Program-made: the position numbers and the translations under genes
Virus record (IMG/VR): IMGVR_UViG_3300025913_000034
Location: 863 to 64,862 of that record
Origin: a virus
Taxonomy: Duplodnaviria > Caudoviricetes
DNA: 64,000 nucleotides
Strand: one strand, 5' to 3'
The notes under the pieces: generated by a model
Database searches by the model: none
What the model saw: only the letters and a program-made list of their open reading frames with translations
Told to the model about the DNA's origin: nothing
Shown: positions 30,143 to 39,977 of the stretch, in pieces
Position numbering within the stretch: the stretch's first letter is position 1
How the letters are laid out: every line of letters starts with the position of its first letter

Positions 30143-31213
30143 CTACTGCTGAAGGCTCGGTGCGACCCGGATGAACGGGTAGTTCACGCTAAAGGCGTGG
30201 CCGACCGACAGGGCCAGCAGCGCAAATGTGTGAGTGCCGGCAGACGGTGTCACCCAGTTGCGCAGACTACCGCCGTCGCCGAGGTTGAGGTTGGTGGAAT
30301 CGACGCGAGTGATCGTCGCCTGAGAGGCGCCGTAGATCATCGCGGCGGCGGAGCCGTCAACGGCGAGGATGAAGCCGATGTAGTCGCCGGCCACGGTTCC
30401 GGAAGCAGGGCTCACCGACAGCCACTGTGCGAAAACCTCCACCTCGGTGACGCCGTCGCAGGTCACCGACACCGATGCCATGGTCAGGTACGAGGAGGTG
30501 TTCGTCGCGACACCGCCGGTGACCTGGCTGTACCCCGCGGCGAACGCCCCGATTTTCGGCTGCCGGGCGTTGCCGGAGCCGTCGGAGCGCTTCAGCCGCC
30601 CCGTGGACAGGTCGTCGACATACAGCCCCGCCGGCCCGCTGATGCCGCCGGAGACGTTGGCCATCGGCAGGATCCCGCCCTGCGCAACGGTGAAGACCCG
30701 CTTGTCGGTGATGTTGCCGGCGGTGATGGAGGACACGCCGGCGCCGACGGAGAGCTGCGCCAGCAGCAGCGAGTTCGCGGGCAGCGTCGGGGCGACCGGC
30801 GAGGCCGCCGGGGTGCCGGCCTGAATGTTGATCGTGCCGGTGCTGGTGTTGTTGCCGTTGTCGACGAACTGCACGATCACGTTGTCGATGCGCGGGTTCG
30901 TCGGGTCGGACGTAGTGGCCGTCAGTGTCGACGTCGTGTCCAGGCAGCCCGTATACATGCCCGCCGTGGCCGACGTCGAGCCCTGCACGAACGCCACACC
31001 CGCGTTCACGGTGACGCTCATACCGGAGGAGGCGTTGACCTGCAGCGGGTTGCCGGTGCCGTAGCGGACACCGGGCCGGGCGGCGATACCGGTCGTGCCC
31101 GACGGCGAGGCGCCGGTCAGCATCGCGGAAGTGGTCTGCAGCCGCAGGTCGTCGGCGTTGACCTGGATGCCGTCCATCCACACAGGGTTGTGTGTGGCCA
31201 CGCTCGTCACCAT
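30143..31213 (-). CDS. Minor tail protein (fibre-like)
   Basis: SGMSVTVNAGVAFV...PRID...GTPAASPVAPTLPANSLLLAQ...ITAGNITDKR. Confidence 0.78.
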   Translation of the reverse strand: MVTSVATHNPVWMDGIQVNADDLRLQTTSAMLTGASPSGTTGIAARPGVRYGTGNPLQVNASSGMSVTVNAGVAFVQGSTSATAGMYTGCLDTTSTLTATTSDPTNPRIDNVIVQFVDNGNNTSTGTINIQAGTPAASPVAPTLPANSLLLAQLSVGAGVSSITAGNITDKRVFTVAQGGILPMANVSGGISGPAGLYVDDLSTGRLKRSDGSGNARQPKIGAFAAGYSQVTGGVATNTSSYLTMASVSVTCDGVTEVEVFAQWLSVSPASGTVAGDYIGFILAVDGSAAAMIYGASQATITRVDSTNLNLGDGGSLRNWVTPSAGTHTFALLALSVGHAFSVNYPFIRVAPSLQQ

Positions 31214-31228
31214 GTCAGCGCTCTCCCA

Positions 31229-32101
31229 TCAGATCCACGCGTCCCGCCACGCCACCGTCATCTGCGCACCGGCGCCGGCGGTTCCGGTGACCTGAACTGT
31301 TGAGGAGCCCGGCTGCACAACCCACCACGAGGAGGCAAGATCAGCGGTGCGGAACACCCCGTTCAAGGTTGCTTTCTGGTTCAAGAAGTCCACGACCAGC
31401 ACGTCCGTGGACGACAGCACCAGGGCTGTGAAGCTCACCGCCTGGCCGGTGGTCTGGTTCACCACGGCCGGGCCGCTGATGGGGCCGGAGATGGTGACGG
31501 TCGGCCTGGTTTCGAAACTGCCGTTGTTCGTGATCGTCGCCGACATCGGCGGTGCGCCGGCCGGCAGTGTGAACGGCGGCGTCAGCGGCGGTGCCAGACC
31601 GGCGGCAGGCGAGCCCTGGGCGACGGTCACCGTCTGCTGGAGCGTGGAGTACTTGCGCGGGTCCGGCGCGATCAAGCCGATGGTGAAAACGACGTCGTTC
31701 AGCGTCGGGTAGGTCTCGGTGACCTGCCCGGAGCGGCGCACCAGCATCTGCTTCGGGATGGGCTCGTCGATCCGCAGCGTCGCCAGGTCGGAGACCGGCA
31801 GCACCTGCGCCAGCGCCGCGCGCGCGACGTCCCGCAGCGCCTGACTGACGGCGGTCGCCTGCACGGTCAGCGTCAAGGGGCGTCCGGCGTAGTAGGCCGG
31901 CGGGGCGTAGGCGCCGTGGTCTCCGGCGCGCTGCACAACGCCGCCGGCGGTGGGCGGCCCGTCCATCCCCTGCACGGAGATGATTACCCAGTTGGTGCCG
32001 CTGGCGTCCTGGGCTCCGAGCTCCAAGTCGATGAGGCTGCCCCACGACGGGGTGTAGATCAGGCCGCCGGTCCAGTAGCCGACCTCTGCTGGCGCCGGCA
32101 T
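31229..32101 (-). CDS. Distal tail protein (Dit-like)
   Basis: Directly follows the tape measure; LIAPDPRKYS, NNGSFETRPTVTISGP, WRDAWI. Confidence 0.8.
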   Translation of the reverse strand: MPAPAEVGYWTGGLIYTPSWGSLIDLELGAQDASGTNWVIISVQGMDGPPTAGGVVQRAGDHGAYAPPAYYAGRPLTLTVQATAVSQALRDVARAALAQVLPVSDLATLRIDEPIPKQMLVRRSGQVTETYPTLNDVVFTIGLIAPDPRKYSTLQQTVTVAQGSPAAGLAPPLTPPFTLPAGAPPMSATITNNGSFETRPTVTISGPISGPAVVNQTTGQAVSFTALVLSSTDVLVVDFLNQKATLNGVFRTADLASSWWVVQPGSSTVQVTGTAGAGAQMTVAWRDAWI

Positions 32102-32102
32102 G

Positions 32103-35100
32103 TCAGCCCACCGCCAGGGCGAGCTGCCGCATCATGTCGGCCTGCTGCTCGACCGTGGGGCGTTGCGTGCCGTTGTAGTTGATCGTGACGTTCGGCCCCA
32201 GCGGCGTCGCGCGTGTCTTCTGCGCGGTGGTCGCGGCCGGCAGCGGCATGATGGTGTCGCCGCGGTTGAGGAACGCCAGCTCCGGCCCCTTCTCGCCGAC
32301 GATCGCCACGCCGGAGGTGGTGGCGGTACCGCCGTCGGCCATCCACGGGGAGATGTGCCCGAGGTTGGGGATGCCGGGGATGCCAGCCCACGACCATATG
32401 TCGGACAGCCCGTGGGTGACGTCGTTGGTCCGGTCGACCACGAAGTTGATGCCGCCGATGATCGTGTTGATGGTGCTCTTGAAGATGCCCTCGACGGTGC
32501 CGGCGATGTCGCTCAGCCCGGTCTTCACCCAGTCCCACAGGTGGGCGCCTGCCGTGGCGAGCCGTCCCGGAAGCTTGCCGATGAAGGCGACGATGTCGTT
32601 CCAGTGCCCGATGATCAGCGAGATGCCGCCGGTGAACGGCGCGAGGATCTCAGGCCACCACCGGACGATGAAACCGGTGAAGTCATCGAAGACGCCCTTA
32701 ACGAACCCCCAGCCTTCGCTGAAGATGCGCTGCACCTCGGCGACCATGATGCCGATGAAGACCTTCAGGTCCGACAGGTGATCCCACAGGTAGCCGACCG
32801 CGACGATCACGAGGCCCACCGGGGAGATCAGCCCGAGCAGCGCCAGCGCTACCCACTTCAGCCAGCCCACGTTGTCCTGCAGGAACCCCGCGATGCCGTT
32901 CAGGATCGGCGCCAGGATCTCCAGGGCGCCGGTCAGTCCCTGGGCGATGATCGGCAGCAGCGGCTCGAGCACCTGAAGGACCGCGTTGAAGACGTTGGCG
33001 AGAGCCAGCAGCGCAGTCGTCAGCGACGGCATCATCGGCAGTAGCGCCGCCAGGAGCTTGTTCACGAACTCTGTCAGCGGCGGGACGATCGTCTTCAGCG
33101 CGGGTCCCAACGCGCCGCTCAGGGCACCCACGATCGCGCCCAGAGGGCCCAGGAGGTTGGAGACGAGGTCGAGGATGGCCTGGATGGCCTCCCCGGCGCC
33201 CCCGGCGTTGATGGTCAGGCCGTTCAGGAAGTCCGGCAGCCCCGAGGCGAGGATGTCGTGCAGCCCCTGCCCGATGGCCGACACGATCGGGCTCGCGGCC
33301 TGACCGGCCTCGGCGATGCCGTTCAGCGCGTCGGCGAACCCGGATCCGAACTGCTGCAGCAGCCCGACGCCCTCGTGCAGGATTCCGGCGATCGCGCTTT
33401 GGAACGCAGGGTTCTTTATCAGGTTCCCGACCTGTTCGCCCAGGCCGCCGATGACGCGGCCGGCCTCGCCGACCGACGTGTTGAAGATCGGCAGCAGCGG
33501 CGCGGAGTCCTTCAGCATCTGCGTCAGGCCCGGCAACATCGTCGTCTGCGCGGTCCGGGAGATCTCGCCCAGCTGCGACCTCACCGACAGCAGCTCGTTG
33601 ACGAAGTCCCGGCCGGGCTGCGTGAGCTTGGCCATGTCCTGCGCGAACTTGTCCACCGCGCCGCCGCCGGCCGACGCCGCGGCGGCGGCCGCGAGGCGCT
33701 GCTGGGTCAGCAGGTCCGACAGTGCCTGCTCGGCCCGCTGCACCTGCTGCGCGGATGCGATCCGCTGCGCGGCCGCCGCGGCGTCTGCCTTCGCCAGCGA
33801 GTTCTGGGCGTTCTGCTGGTCCTGCAGCGCCTGGGTGACGTCGTGCTGGGCGCCGGCGACCTGCTCGGCCGCCATCTCGGCGGAGTGCTGCGCGTTCAGC
33901 ACCGCCGGGGCCTTGTCGACGCCGTCCTGCTGCGCCTGGTTGGCCTTCTCCGTGGCTTCCTTCGACCGCTGCTGCGCGTCGGTGACACCTTGTTCGGCCT
34001 GCGCCAGGGCCAGCTTTGCATCAGCCAGCTGCTGCGGCGTGGTCATGCCGTTGTCCTGCGCCTGCGTCAGCGCGGTCTGGGCCTTCGTCAGGTTGCTCGC
34101 GGCCTGCTGCGCCGCCAAGTCGGCATCGGCCGCTGCGTTGCGGGCGTCGGCGATCTGGTTGGTGGCATCGGCGCGGGCCTGCGTGACGGCCTGCTGTGCC
34201 TGCTGCTCGTCGTACAGGCTGTTGGTGTAGGACTGTTCGGCCTGCTGCACGCCGTAGGTGGCGGAGACGACCTGCTGTTGCGCGGCGACGATCTGGTCCG
34301 CTGAGGACTTCGCGGCCTGGGCCGCGGCGACCTTCGCATCGGCGATCGCCTGCTCGGCGTTGCGGACGGCGACGGCGTTGGAGAACGCCGTCAGGGCCAG
34401 CTGCGCCGAGGACTGGCCGGCGCTGCTGCTCTGTGCGCCGTAGTCCTTCAGGGCGCCGATGACCGGTATGAACGCACCGGCGAGCGCGCCGACCGCCGAC
34501 CCGAGGCCGCCGAACGCGGCGGGCAGCGCCGCCAGCGCCGGGCCCAGCGTTATGACGGCGCCGACCATCATGCCGGTGGTGCTGGCCAGTGCCGAGAAGA
34601 CACCGCCGACGCTCGACGCCGCCCCGCTGACGCCGCCCATTTTCTGGTTCAGGTCGCTGAACATCGACCGGATGCGGTCGATCACCCCGGCGAAGCCGTC
34701 GAGCTGCTGCTTCGTCTCGTCGGACTTCTTCCCGACCACGTCCAGGCCGGCGGCGAGCTTCTCCGCGTCGGAGGCGAACCGGCCCTGTGCGTTGCGCAGG
34801 CGGCCGTCGGCGTCGGTCCACAGGCCGTTGGCGAGCTTGTCGCCGATCTCTGCGCCCGCGGCTTCGGCATCGGCGCCGACGTCCTGGCCGATACTGCGCA
34901 GCCGGGTACGCAGCGGCTCGGCGTTGAGCTCGGCCTCGACCGGGATTTTGATCTCGCCGGTTTCGCCGATGGCTTCGGCTTCGGCCTTGACCTCCTCGGC
35001 CAGGCCCGCGGCGTCGGCCTTGACGTGGACGTCGATCTTCTCATCCGCCCCGGCCTCGGCGGCTTTCGCGGCGACATCCTCGCGCAGCCCGGCATCATCG

Positions 35101-35234
35101 GCGGCGACCCGCAGGCGGAGTTCGAGCCCTTCGGCCGCGGCGGCGATCTTCGCGGCGAGCGAGGAGCGCAGGTCGGTGTCGTCGGCGACGAGCTCGACGT
35201 AGGCGTCGGCGACCTTGAAATAGGCCTCGGGCAT
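32103..35234 (-). CDS. Tape measure protein
   Basis: 1043 aa Ala/Gln/Gly-rich helical protein following the chaperones; C-terminal MADGG...IVGEKGPEL. Confidence 0.93.
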   Translation of the reverse strand: MPEAYFKVADAYVELVADDTDLRSSLAAKIAAAAEGLELRLRVAADDAGLREDVAAKAAEAGADEKIDVHVKADAAGLAEEVKAEAEAIGETGEIKIPVEAELNAEPLRTRLRSIGQDVGADAEAAGAEIGDKLANGLWTDADGRLRNAQGRFASDAEKLAAGLDVVGKKSDETKQQLDGFAGVIDRIRSMFSDLNQKMGGVSGAASSVGGVFSALASTTGMMVGAVITLGPALAALPAAFGGLGSAVGALAGAFIPVIGALKDYGAQSSSAGQSSAQLALTAFSNAVAVRNAEQAIADAKVAAAQAAKSSADQIVAAQQQVVSATYGVQQAEQSYTNSLYDEQQAQQAVTQARADATNQIADARNAAADADLAAQQAASNLTKAQTALTQAQDNGMTTPQQLADAKLALAQAEQGVTDAQQRSKEATEKANQAQQDGVDKAPAVLNAQHSAEMAAEQVAGAQHDVTQALQDQQNAQNSLAKADAAAAAQRIASAQQVQRAEQALSDLLTQQRLAAAAAASAGGGAVDKFAQDMAKLTQPGRDFVNELLSVRSQLGEISRTAQTTMLPGLTQMLKDSAPLLPIFNTSVGEAGRVIGGLGEQVGNLIKNPAFQSAIAGILHEGVGLLQQFGSGFADALNGIAEAGQAASPIVSAIGQGLHDILASGLPDFLNGLTINAGGAGEAIQAILDLVSNLLGPLGAIVGALSGALGPALKTIVPPLTEFVNKLLAALLPMMPSLTTALLALANVFNAVLQVLEPLLPIIAQGLTGALEILAPILNGIAGFLQDNVGWLKWVALALLGLISPVGLVIVAVGYLWDHLSDLKVFIGIMVAEVQRIFSEGWGFVKGVFDDFTGFIVRWWPEILAPFTGGISLIIGHWNDIVAFIGKLPGRLATAGAHLWDWVKTGLSDIAGTVEGIFKSTINTIIGGINFVVDRTNDVTHGLSDIWSWAGIPGIPNLGHISPWMADGGTATTSGVAIVGEKGPELAFLNRGDTIMPLPAATTAQKTRATPLGPNVTINYNGTQRPTVEQQADMMRQLALAVG

Positions 35235-35955
35235 CAGGCGGTCCCGAAGGAGATGAGGCCGCTGAGCTCCTCAGACATCGTCAACTCGGCGCGCGTGCCG
35301 CCGATGACCTTCGTTTCCGAACCGGCGCCGGCGGGACGTGCCGCCGGGGGCGCCGGCCGTACCGGGGTGGATGCCACCGCCGGGTTCTGGCGCTGTTCGT
35401 CGAGCTCGGTGTGTATCAGGGCTGCGACCGCGCCGCCGTAGGCGTGGATGCGCTGGGCGAGGCGGATGAACCGCGGCCCGGGCATCTCCCACATCCTGTC
35501 GACTCGATGAAAAACACTGAGATCGGATTCGAGGTCGTCGAGGCACGCCAGCAGCCAGAAGAGGTGGTCTACCGGCGGCGCGAGTCTTTTGGGGTGGTGT
35601 CGCCCATCACCTTCGACTGGACGATCTTTGCGATGGCGACGAGGTGGTCGTCCTTGAGGTTGAAGGTCAGGAACGCCTCGTAGGCGTCAGCGCCGAGGAC
35701 TTCCTCCAGCAGCCATGACAGGCCCCAGTTCTCGCCCTTCTTGCGGCAGTGGTCCATGTAGCGGACCGCCACCTGTGCGGGAACCTCGGCCGGGGTGGAG
35801 AAGACGGTGCCGTTGATGGTGAACGCCGGTTCCATCGCGACCGGCGCCTCGTCGGCGTCGTCTGTGGTGATCTCCAGCAGCGGCTCGCCGTCGACGGTGA
35901 CGGGCTTGCGGGCGGCAGCGGGGCGCTTGCCGGTGGCCTTGCGTGCAGGCGGCAT
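35234..35955 (-). CDS. Tail assembly chaperones G/GT joined by a -1 frameshift (G = 35569-35955)
   Basis: Slippery C CCA AAA near the end of G; the -1 frame is open (RLAPPVDHLFWLLACLDDLESDLSVFHR...) to the stop at 35234. Confidence 0.85.
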
Positions 35956-35985
35956 CCAGAGCTCCTACGAGGGGGACGGTCGGGA

Positions 35986-36549
35986 TCAGGAGGTCTGGTC
36001 GACGATGTGGAACGGCGTGATCGAGTTCGACACGTAGTGCGCGTTCCAGGTCACGCCGAAAACGTTCTGCTTGTCCTTGGCGTACAGGAACGCCACCTTC
36101 GCCGTGCTCAAGCACTTGCGCAGGACCGCGCGGCGCTTGAACGTGCCGCCGGGTGCCCAGCCGTCCATCAGCAGCGCGATGTACGTCGGCTGCGTCGCCG
36201 ACGTGGCGGTGATCGGGTCGTAGGTGGCGTAGCCGGCGCCGGTGGCCTGGGTGCCGCCGTTGAGCACCAGGCTCAGGTTGTTCAGCGTCGGCTCGGCCAG
36301 CTCGGTGGTGATGTCCAGCTCGCGCTTCGTCAGCCGGCGCCCGACCGAGTCGACGACCTGGTCGACTTCGAGTTCGGTGTAGGTCTGGTTGATCGTCAGC
36401 GTCAGGCCGCCGTTGGTGCCGCCGACGTCGGTCCACGCCGATCCCGCCGGGGTGGTGTTCACCGCCGAGTCCGCGGGCTCGGTGGCGCCGAACGCGCCGG
36501 AGTACAGGGTCGCCGGTCCCAGGACCAGATTCGCCGTGGTCACAGACAT
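35986..36549 (-). CDS. Major tail protein
   Basis: NLVLGPATLY...WTDVGGTNGG...LEVDQ...LAEPTLNNL; position. Confidence 0.88.
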   Translation of the reverse strand: MSVTTANLVLGPATLYSGAFGATEPADSAVNTTPAGSAWTDVGGTNGGLTLTINQTYTELEVDQVVDSVGRRLTKRELDITTELAEPTLNNLSLVLNGGTQATGAGYATYDPITATSATQPTYIALLMDGWAPGGTFKRRAVLRKCLSTAKVAFLYAKDKQNVFGVTWNAHYVSNSITPFHIVDQTS

Positions 36550-36567
36550 GCGGGTCAGCCTCCTGAA

Positions 36568-36998
36568 CTATCGGCCGTCGGCCGACGCTTGGTCATCTGC
36601 GAGTGTTTCCGCGGCGTCAAGAACCGCCGGGGCGGGCGAGGGGACATCGGCGGTCTGGTCGCCGGGCGCGTCGGGCTCGGCGAGGATCAGGCCTTGGGCG
36701 GCCAGGTCGGCGTATTCGGCGTCGTCGACCTCCAGCGGCATGTCGGGGCGCATGGTGGTGCGGATCCGGTGGGTCATCGGCGGAACTGCTCTCTGGACAG
36801 AGGCCACGTCACCGAGGCGAGGGCCGGGTGGCGGCCGACGGGCATGGTCTGGCCGTCGGGGATGCTGGGCGGGCACGGGATGACGCGCATGCCGGCGAAC
36901 AGGAACTCCAGCTCGGCCGGATCGTGGTGGACGAGCACCAGGCCGCCGAGGGACAGCAGTTCCCGGGACTTCTCGCCGACCATCGCGTAGCGGGCCAT
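36568..36998 (-). other. Two small tail-region genes (36568-36777, 36774-36998)
   Basis: Overlapping start/stop codons within the operon. Confidence 0.6.
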
Positions 36999-37459
36999 CA
37001 GGACTCGACCCAGTTCATGGCGACGTGCATGGTGTAGCGGGCGTAGTCGGAGGGGTCGGCGTACATCGGGCGCGGGACGTCAAGCAGATACGCAGACATC
37101 ACCCGGGCGCCGACGTAGCCGTCACGCAGCACCAGCTCGGTTTCGATGCCGACGTTTTCCACCGCGGCCCATGCCACGGTCATCGCCAGTGCGTCGGCTT
37201 TGGCCAGTGGCGGCAGGTCCGAGTTGGACTGGGTGGCCCAGCAGTCAACCTGCACCACCGGCGATGACAGCGGCACGTACATGCCGAAGCCGCCGCCGAC
37301 AGGCGTGATCTGTACGAAGCCGGTTTCGGCCCAGGACACGCTGCCGTCGGTAGCCGGCCGCGGCAGCCGCGTGCCGACCATGTCTGCGGTGATGCCGGGG
37401 ATGGTGGCCAGCCATGCGGCCGCGACCAGGCTGACGGTGGCGTGCTGCAGCGTCGTCAC
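36998..37459 (-). CDS. Tail terminator
   Basis: RLP...FVQITPVGGG...VVQVDCWA; position. Confidence 0.75.
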   Translation of the reverse strand: MTTLQHATVSLVAAAWLATIPGITADMVGTRLPRPATDGSVSWAETGFVQITPVGGGFGMYVPLSSPVVQVDCWATQSNSDLPPLAKADALAMTVAWAAVENVGIETELVLRDGYVGARVMSAYLLDVPRPMYADPSDYARYTMHVAMNWVES

Positions 37460-37911
37460 CGGCCACCGCCGGCGTTGTCGGTGGTGCGCGCCAGGAGCCG
37501 GTTCAGGGCCGCGGTCTGCTCGGCGTGCTGGGTGCGCAGCGCCGCGAACTCCTCGGTGAGCACCTGCAGCATCTCGCGGGAGGAGCAGTCCGCCTCGTAG
37601 TCGTGGTGCGCCAGCTCGCTGGCGACCTGGTCCGAGCGCTTCGCGGCGATCAACAGGATCGCGCCCTGCAGCGCCGCCACGCAGGAAAGCACCAGGTTCA
37701 GCAGGATGAACGGGTACGCGTCGAAGGCGCCGCGGCCGGATGTGGCCAGCACGACGTTCAGCACCATCCAGGCGGCGAGGAACGCCACTGCGCCGAAGAC
37801 GAAGCCCCAGGAGCCCATGGTGTTGCGCATGCGGTCGGCGGCGCGCTCGCCGCGGGTCAGCTCCCCGTCGGTGCGCACCCCGGGGTGCCGGTGCCACAGC
37901 GGGCCGGTCAT
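37456..37911 (-). CDS. DUF1003-like membrane protein
   Basis: GERAADR...MGSWGF...FDAYPFILLNLVLSCVAALQGAILL. Confidence 0.8.
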   Translation of the reverse strand: MTGPLWHRHPGVRTDGELTRGERAADRMRNTMGSWGFVFGAVAFLAAWMVLNVVLATSGRGAFDAYPFILLNLVLSCVAALQGAILLIAAKRSDQVASELAHHDYEADCSSREMLQVLTEEFAALRTQHAEQTAALNRLLARTTDNAGGGR

Positions 37912-38225
37912 GAGCGCCGCCTGTACAGCGCCGGCCGCAGGAACGGCTGCGGTTCCATGTAGCGGGTGCCCATCTCGACGTACAGCGCGTAGGTGTAGTC
38001 CAGCTCGCCTTGGTCGAGCCCGCGGGCTTTCGCATCGGCGCCGACCTGGACTGCGTAGCCGTCGGGCCGCATCCGTGTGTAGATCGAGGCCTTCAGGGCG
38101 CCGGTGTCGACCGGGCAGGCGTCGCGGGCGTCGTCGGCGATGTCCACGCCGAGGCGGGCCAGCAGATCCATGGTCGGCTCGACGAGGTGCTCCTCCCAGC
38201 CGTCGACCATCTTCACGCGGGCCAT
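37908..38225 (-). CDS. HK97 gp10-like tail completion/neck protein
   Basis: ACPVDTGALKASI...YALYVEMGTRYMEPQPFLRPAL. Confidence 0.88.
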   Translation of the reverse strand: MARVKMVDGWEEHLVEPTMDLLARLGVDIADDARDACPVDTGALKASIYTRMRPDGYAVQVGADAKARGLDQGELDYTYALYVEMGTRYMEPQPFLRPALYRRRS

Positions 38226-38557
38226 CAGCTGGTCCTGCGCAGTTCGAGCTGGGTGTCGGAGGACATGCCGGGCAACGCCGAGTTGATGACCGCGGTGACG
38301 ATGTAGATCTGGCCGGTCTTCTCGTCGCGGATGCGGTCGGCGTCGGTGATGTCGGTCTGCGAGCCGACGATCCCGTCGATGGATCGCACGATCCGCGGCG
38401 CCGGATTCCCGGGCGTGACGATCTTCTGGGTGCGTTCGATGATGGACGCGGGCACGCCGGAGGCGACGACTTGGCCGGTGGCGTAGGAGTCGCCGTAGAC
38501 CGGGTCCGTGGCGGTTCCGCGCAGGATGCTGATGGTGCAGGTCGCGACGGCGTACAT
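38225..38557 (-). CDS. Head-to-tail stopper
   Basis: Position; TDPVYGD, DRIRD..GQIYIV. Confidence 0.65.
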   Translation of the reverse strand: MYAVATCTISILRGTATDPVYGDSYATGQVVASGVPASIIERTQKIVTPGNPAPRIVRSIDGIVGSQTDITDADRIRDEKTGQIYIVTAVINSALPGMSSDTQLELRRTS

Positions 38558-38998
38558 CTACATCGCGCTCCACTGCTCGTAGAAGTCGTTGCCGGCGCTG
38601 TCCGGGTCGGAGGAGATCGGCGTGAGCCCGTCGGTGAACGGCGAGCGCACATGCAGGGAGCGGGACCTCAGCCAGGAGACGCGCTTGAGCGCCTTCGCGG
38701 CGAACGGGGCGATCCGCAGCGTGTCTTCCTTCAGCTCCACCGGCCGTGAGCCAGCGGAGATGGTGGCGAAGTCCAGCCGTGAGTACAGGTCGGGCTGGGC
38801 CAGCATCCACGCGGCCTGGTAGGCGACGGCCAGCTTCAGCCAGTACAGGTCGCGCGTGCCAATGCGCGGCAGCGCGTCGTAGGTGCGGGCCGAGAACATG
38901 TCGATGATCGCCTGGGCGCGCATCACCTGCGCGTCGGTGACGGTCTCACCGGTGTAGGTGAGAACGTCGTCGGCCTGGGCCCAGGAGTTCGTCGCCAC
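38558..38998 (-). CDS. Head-to-tail adaptor
   Basis: WAQADDV...LKLAVAYQAAWM; position after capsid genes. Confidence 0.7.
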   Translation of the reverse strand: MATNSWAQADDVLTYTGETVTDAQVMRAQAIIDMFSARTYDALPRIGTRDLYWLKLAVAYQAAWMLAQPDLYSRLDFATISAGSRPVELKEDTLRIAPFAAKALKRVSWLRSRSLHVRSPFTDGLTPISSDPDSAGNDFYEQWSAM

Positions 38999-38999
38999 G

Positions 39000-39284
39000 T
39001 CAGGGCTTCTTCTTGGCCATGCCGGTGACGTTGATGTTCGGGTACTTCTTCGCCACGGCCGCCTTCACATGGGCCTGCTGTGCTGGCGTGCCGTTCTGCG
39101 CGACCCGGGCCAGGGCGTTGCGAGCGTGGGCGGCGTCGTCGATACGGTACTGCTTCCCGGGCAGCGCGAAGCTGGCTGGCGACATCTTGGCCCGGCCGGC
39201 CTTGGTGTTCCGCTTGGCGTTGGTGGACGCCGGCAGCTTCGACGCCTTCGACGCGCTCTTCGCGGCGCTCTTCTTGGCGGCCAT
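39000..39284 (-). CDS. Small basic head-module protein
   Basis: 94 aa, Lys/Ala-rich; FALPGKQYRIDDAAHARNALARV. Confidence 0.65.
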   Translation of the reverse strand: MAAKKSAAKSASKASKLPASTNAKRNTKAGRAKMSPASFALPGKQYRIDDAAHARNALARVAQNGTPAQQAHVKAAVAKKYPNINVTGMAKKKP

Positions 39285-39901
39285 CAGTCCTCCTTGGCCG
39301 GCGGCTCGACGGTGCCGCCTGCCGGGACCGCGGTCTCCGGGCCGTGTTCGCCGGTGACGGCCGGCGCTTGCTCGGCCTGCTGGCGGTCTGCGGCGGCCGC
39401 GGCGATGTCGTGCTGGGTGATGGTCGTGCCGGGGTCGTGGTCGACGATGGCGGGCACGACCGGCACCTGATAGGTGAGGTCGGTCCAGCGGGACCGCGGC
39501 CCGTTGTCGTGTTCCTCGGTGGAGACGAGCACCACGTCGCCCTTGGGGTGCAGCCCGCGCTGCACCGCTTCCTGGATGACGCCGCCGGCGTTGGCCAGGT
39601 GCCACGGGTGGTCGTCGGCGATGCCGATGGCGCCGACGGAGAACTTCTTGGTGAATACGCCTTCGTCAGTGGGCTCGGGGGTGCGGTGTTCGATCTCGCC
39701 TTGCACGTCGCCGTCGAGCGCGGGGTGCTGGACTCGGGACGGCTCGACCGGCAGGTCGGGCAGCTCCGGCTCCGTGTCGATCTCGGTTTCGTCGGCCGCG
39801 GTGTCTTCGGGCTCGGGTTCGGCCGGCGCAGGTGTGTCGGCGGCCGCGGGCACGGTGGCGCGCTCGGCGGGCTGCGTGGTCTCCGGGGTGGGTTCGGTCA
39901 T
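39284..39901 (-). CDS. Acidic hypothetical protein after the capsid gene
   Basis: AGGAG RBS; Glu/Pro-rich. Confidence 0.65.
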   Translation of the reverse strand: MTEPTPETTQPAERATVPAAADTPAPAEPEPEDTAADETEIDTEPELPDLPVEPSRVQHPALDGDVQGEIEHRTPEPTDEGVFTKKFSVGAIGIADDHPWHLANAGGVIQEAVQRGLHPKGDVVLVSTEEHDNGPRSRWTDLTYQVPVVPAIVDHDPGTTITQHDIAAAAADRQQAEQAPAVTGEHGPETAVPAGGTVEPPAKED

Positions 39902-39977
39902 CGCCGGCTCCTGACTGTGATGGGTGGATGGTGGGCACGGGCTTCGGGACGCGCCGTGCCCACCGGTCTGGCCGGCG

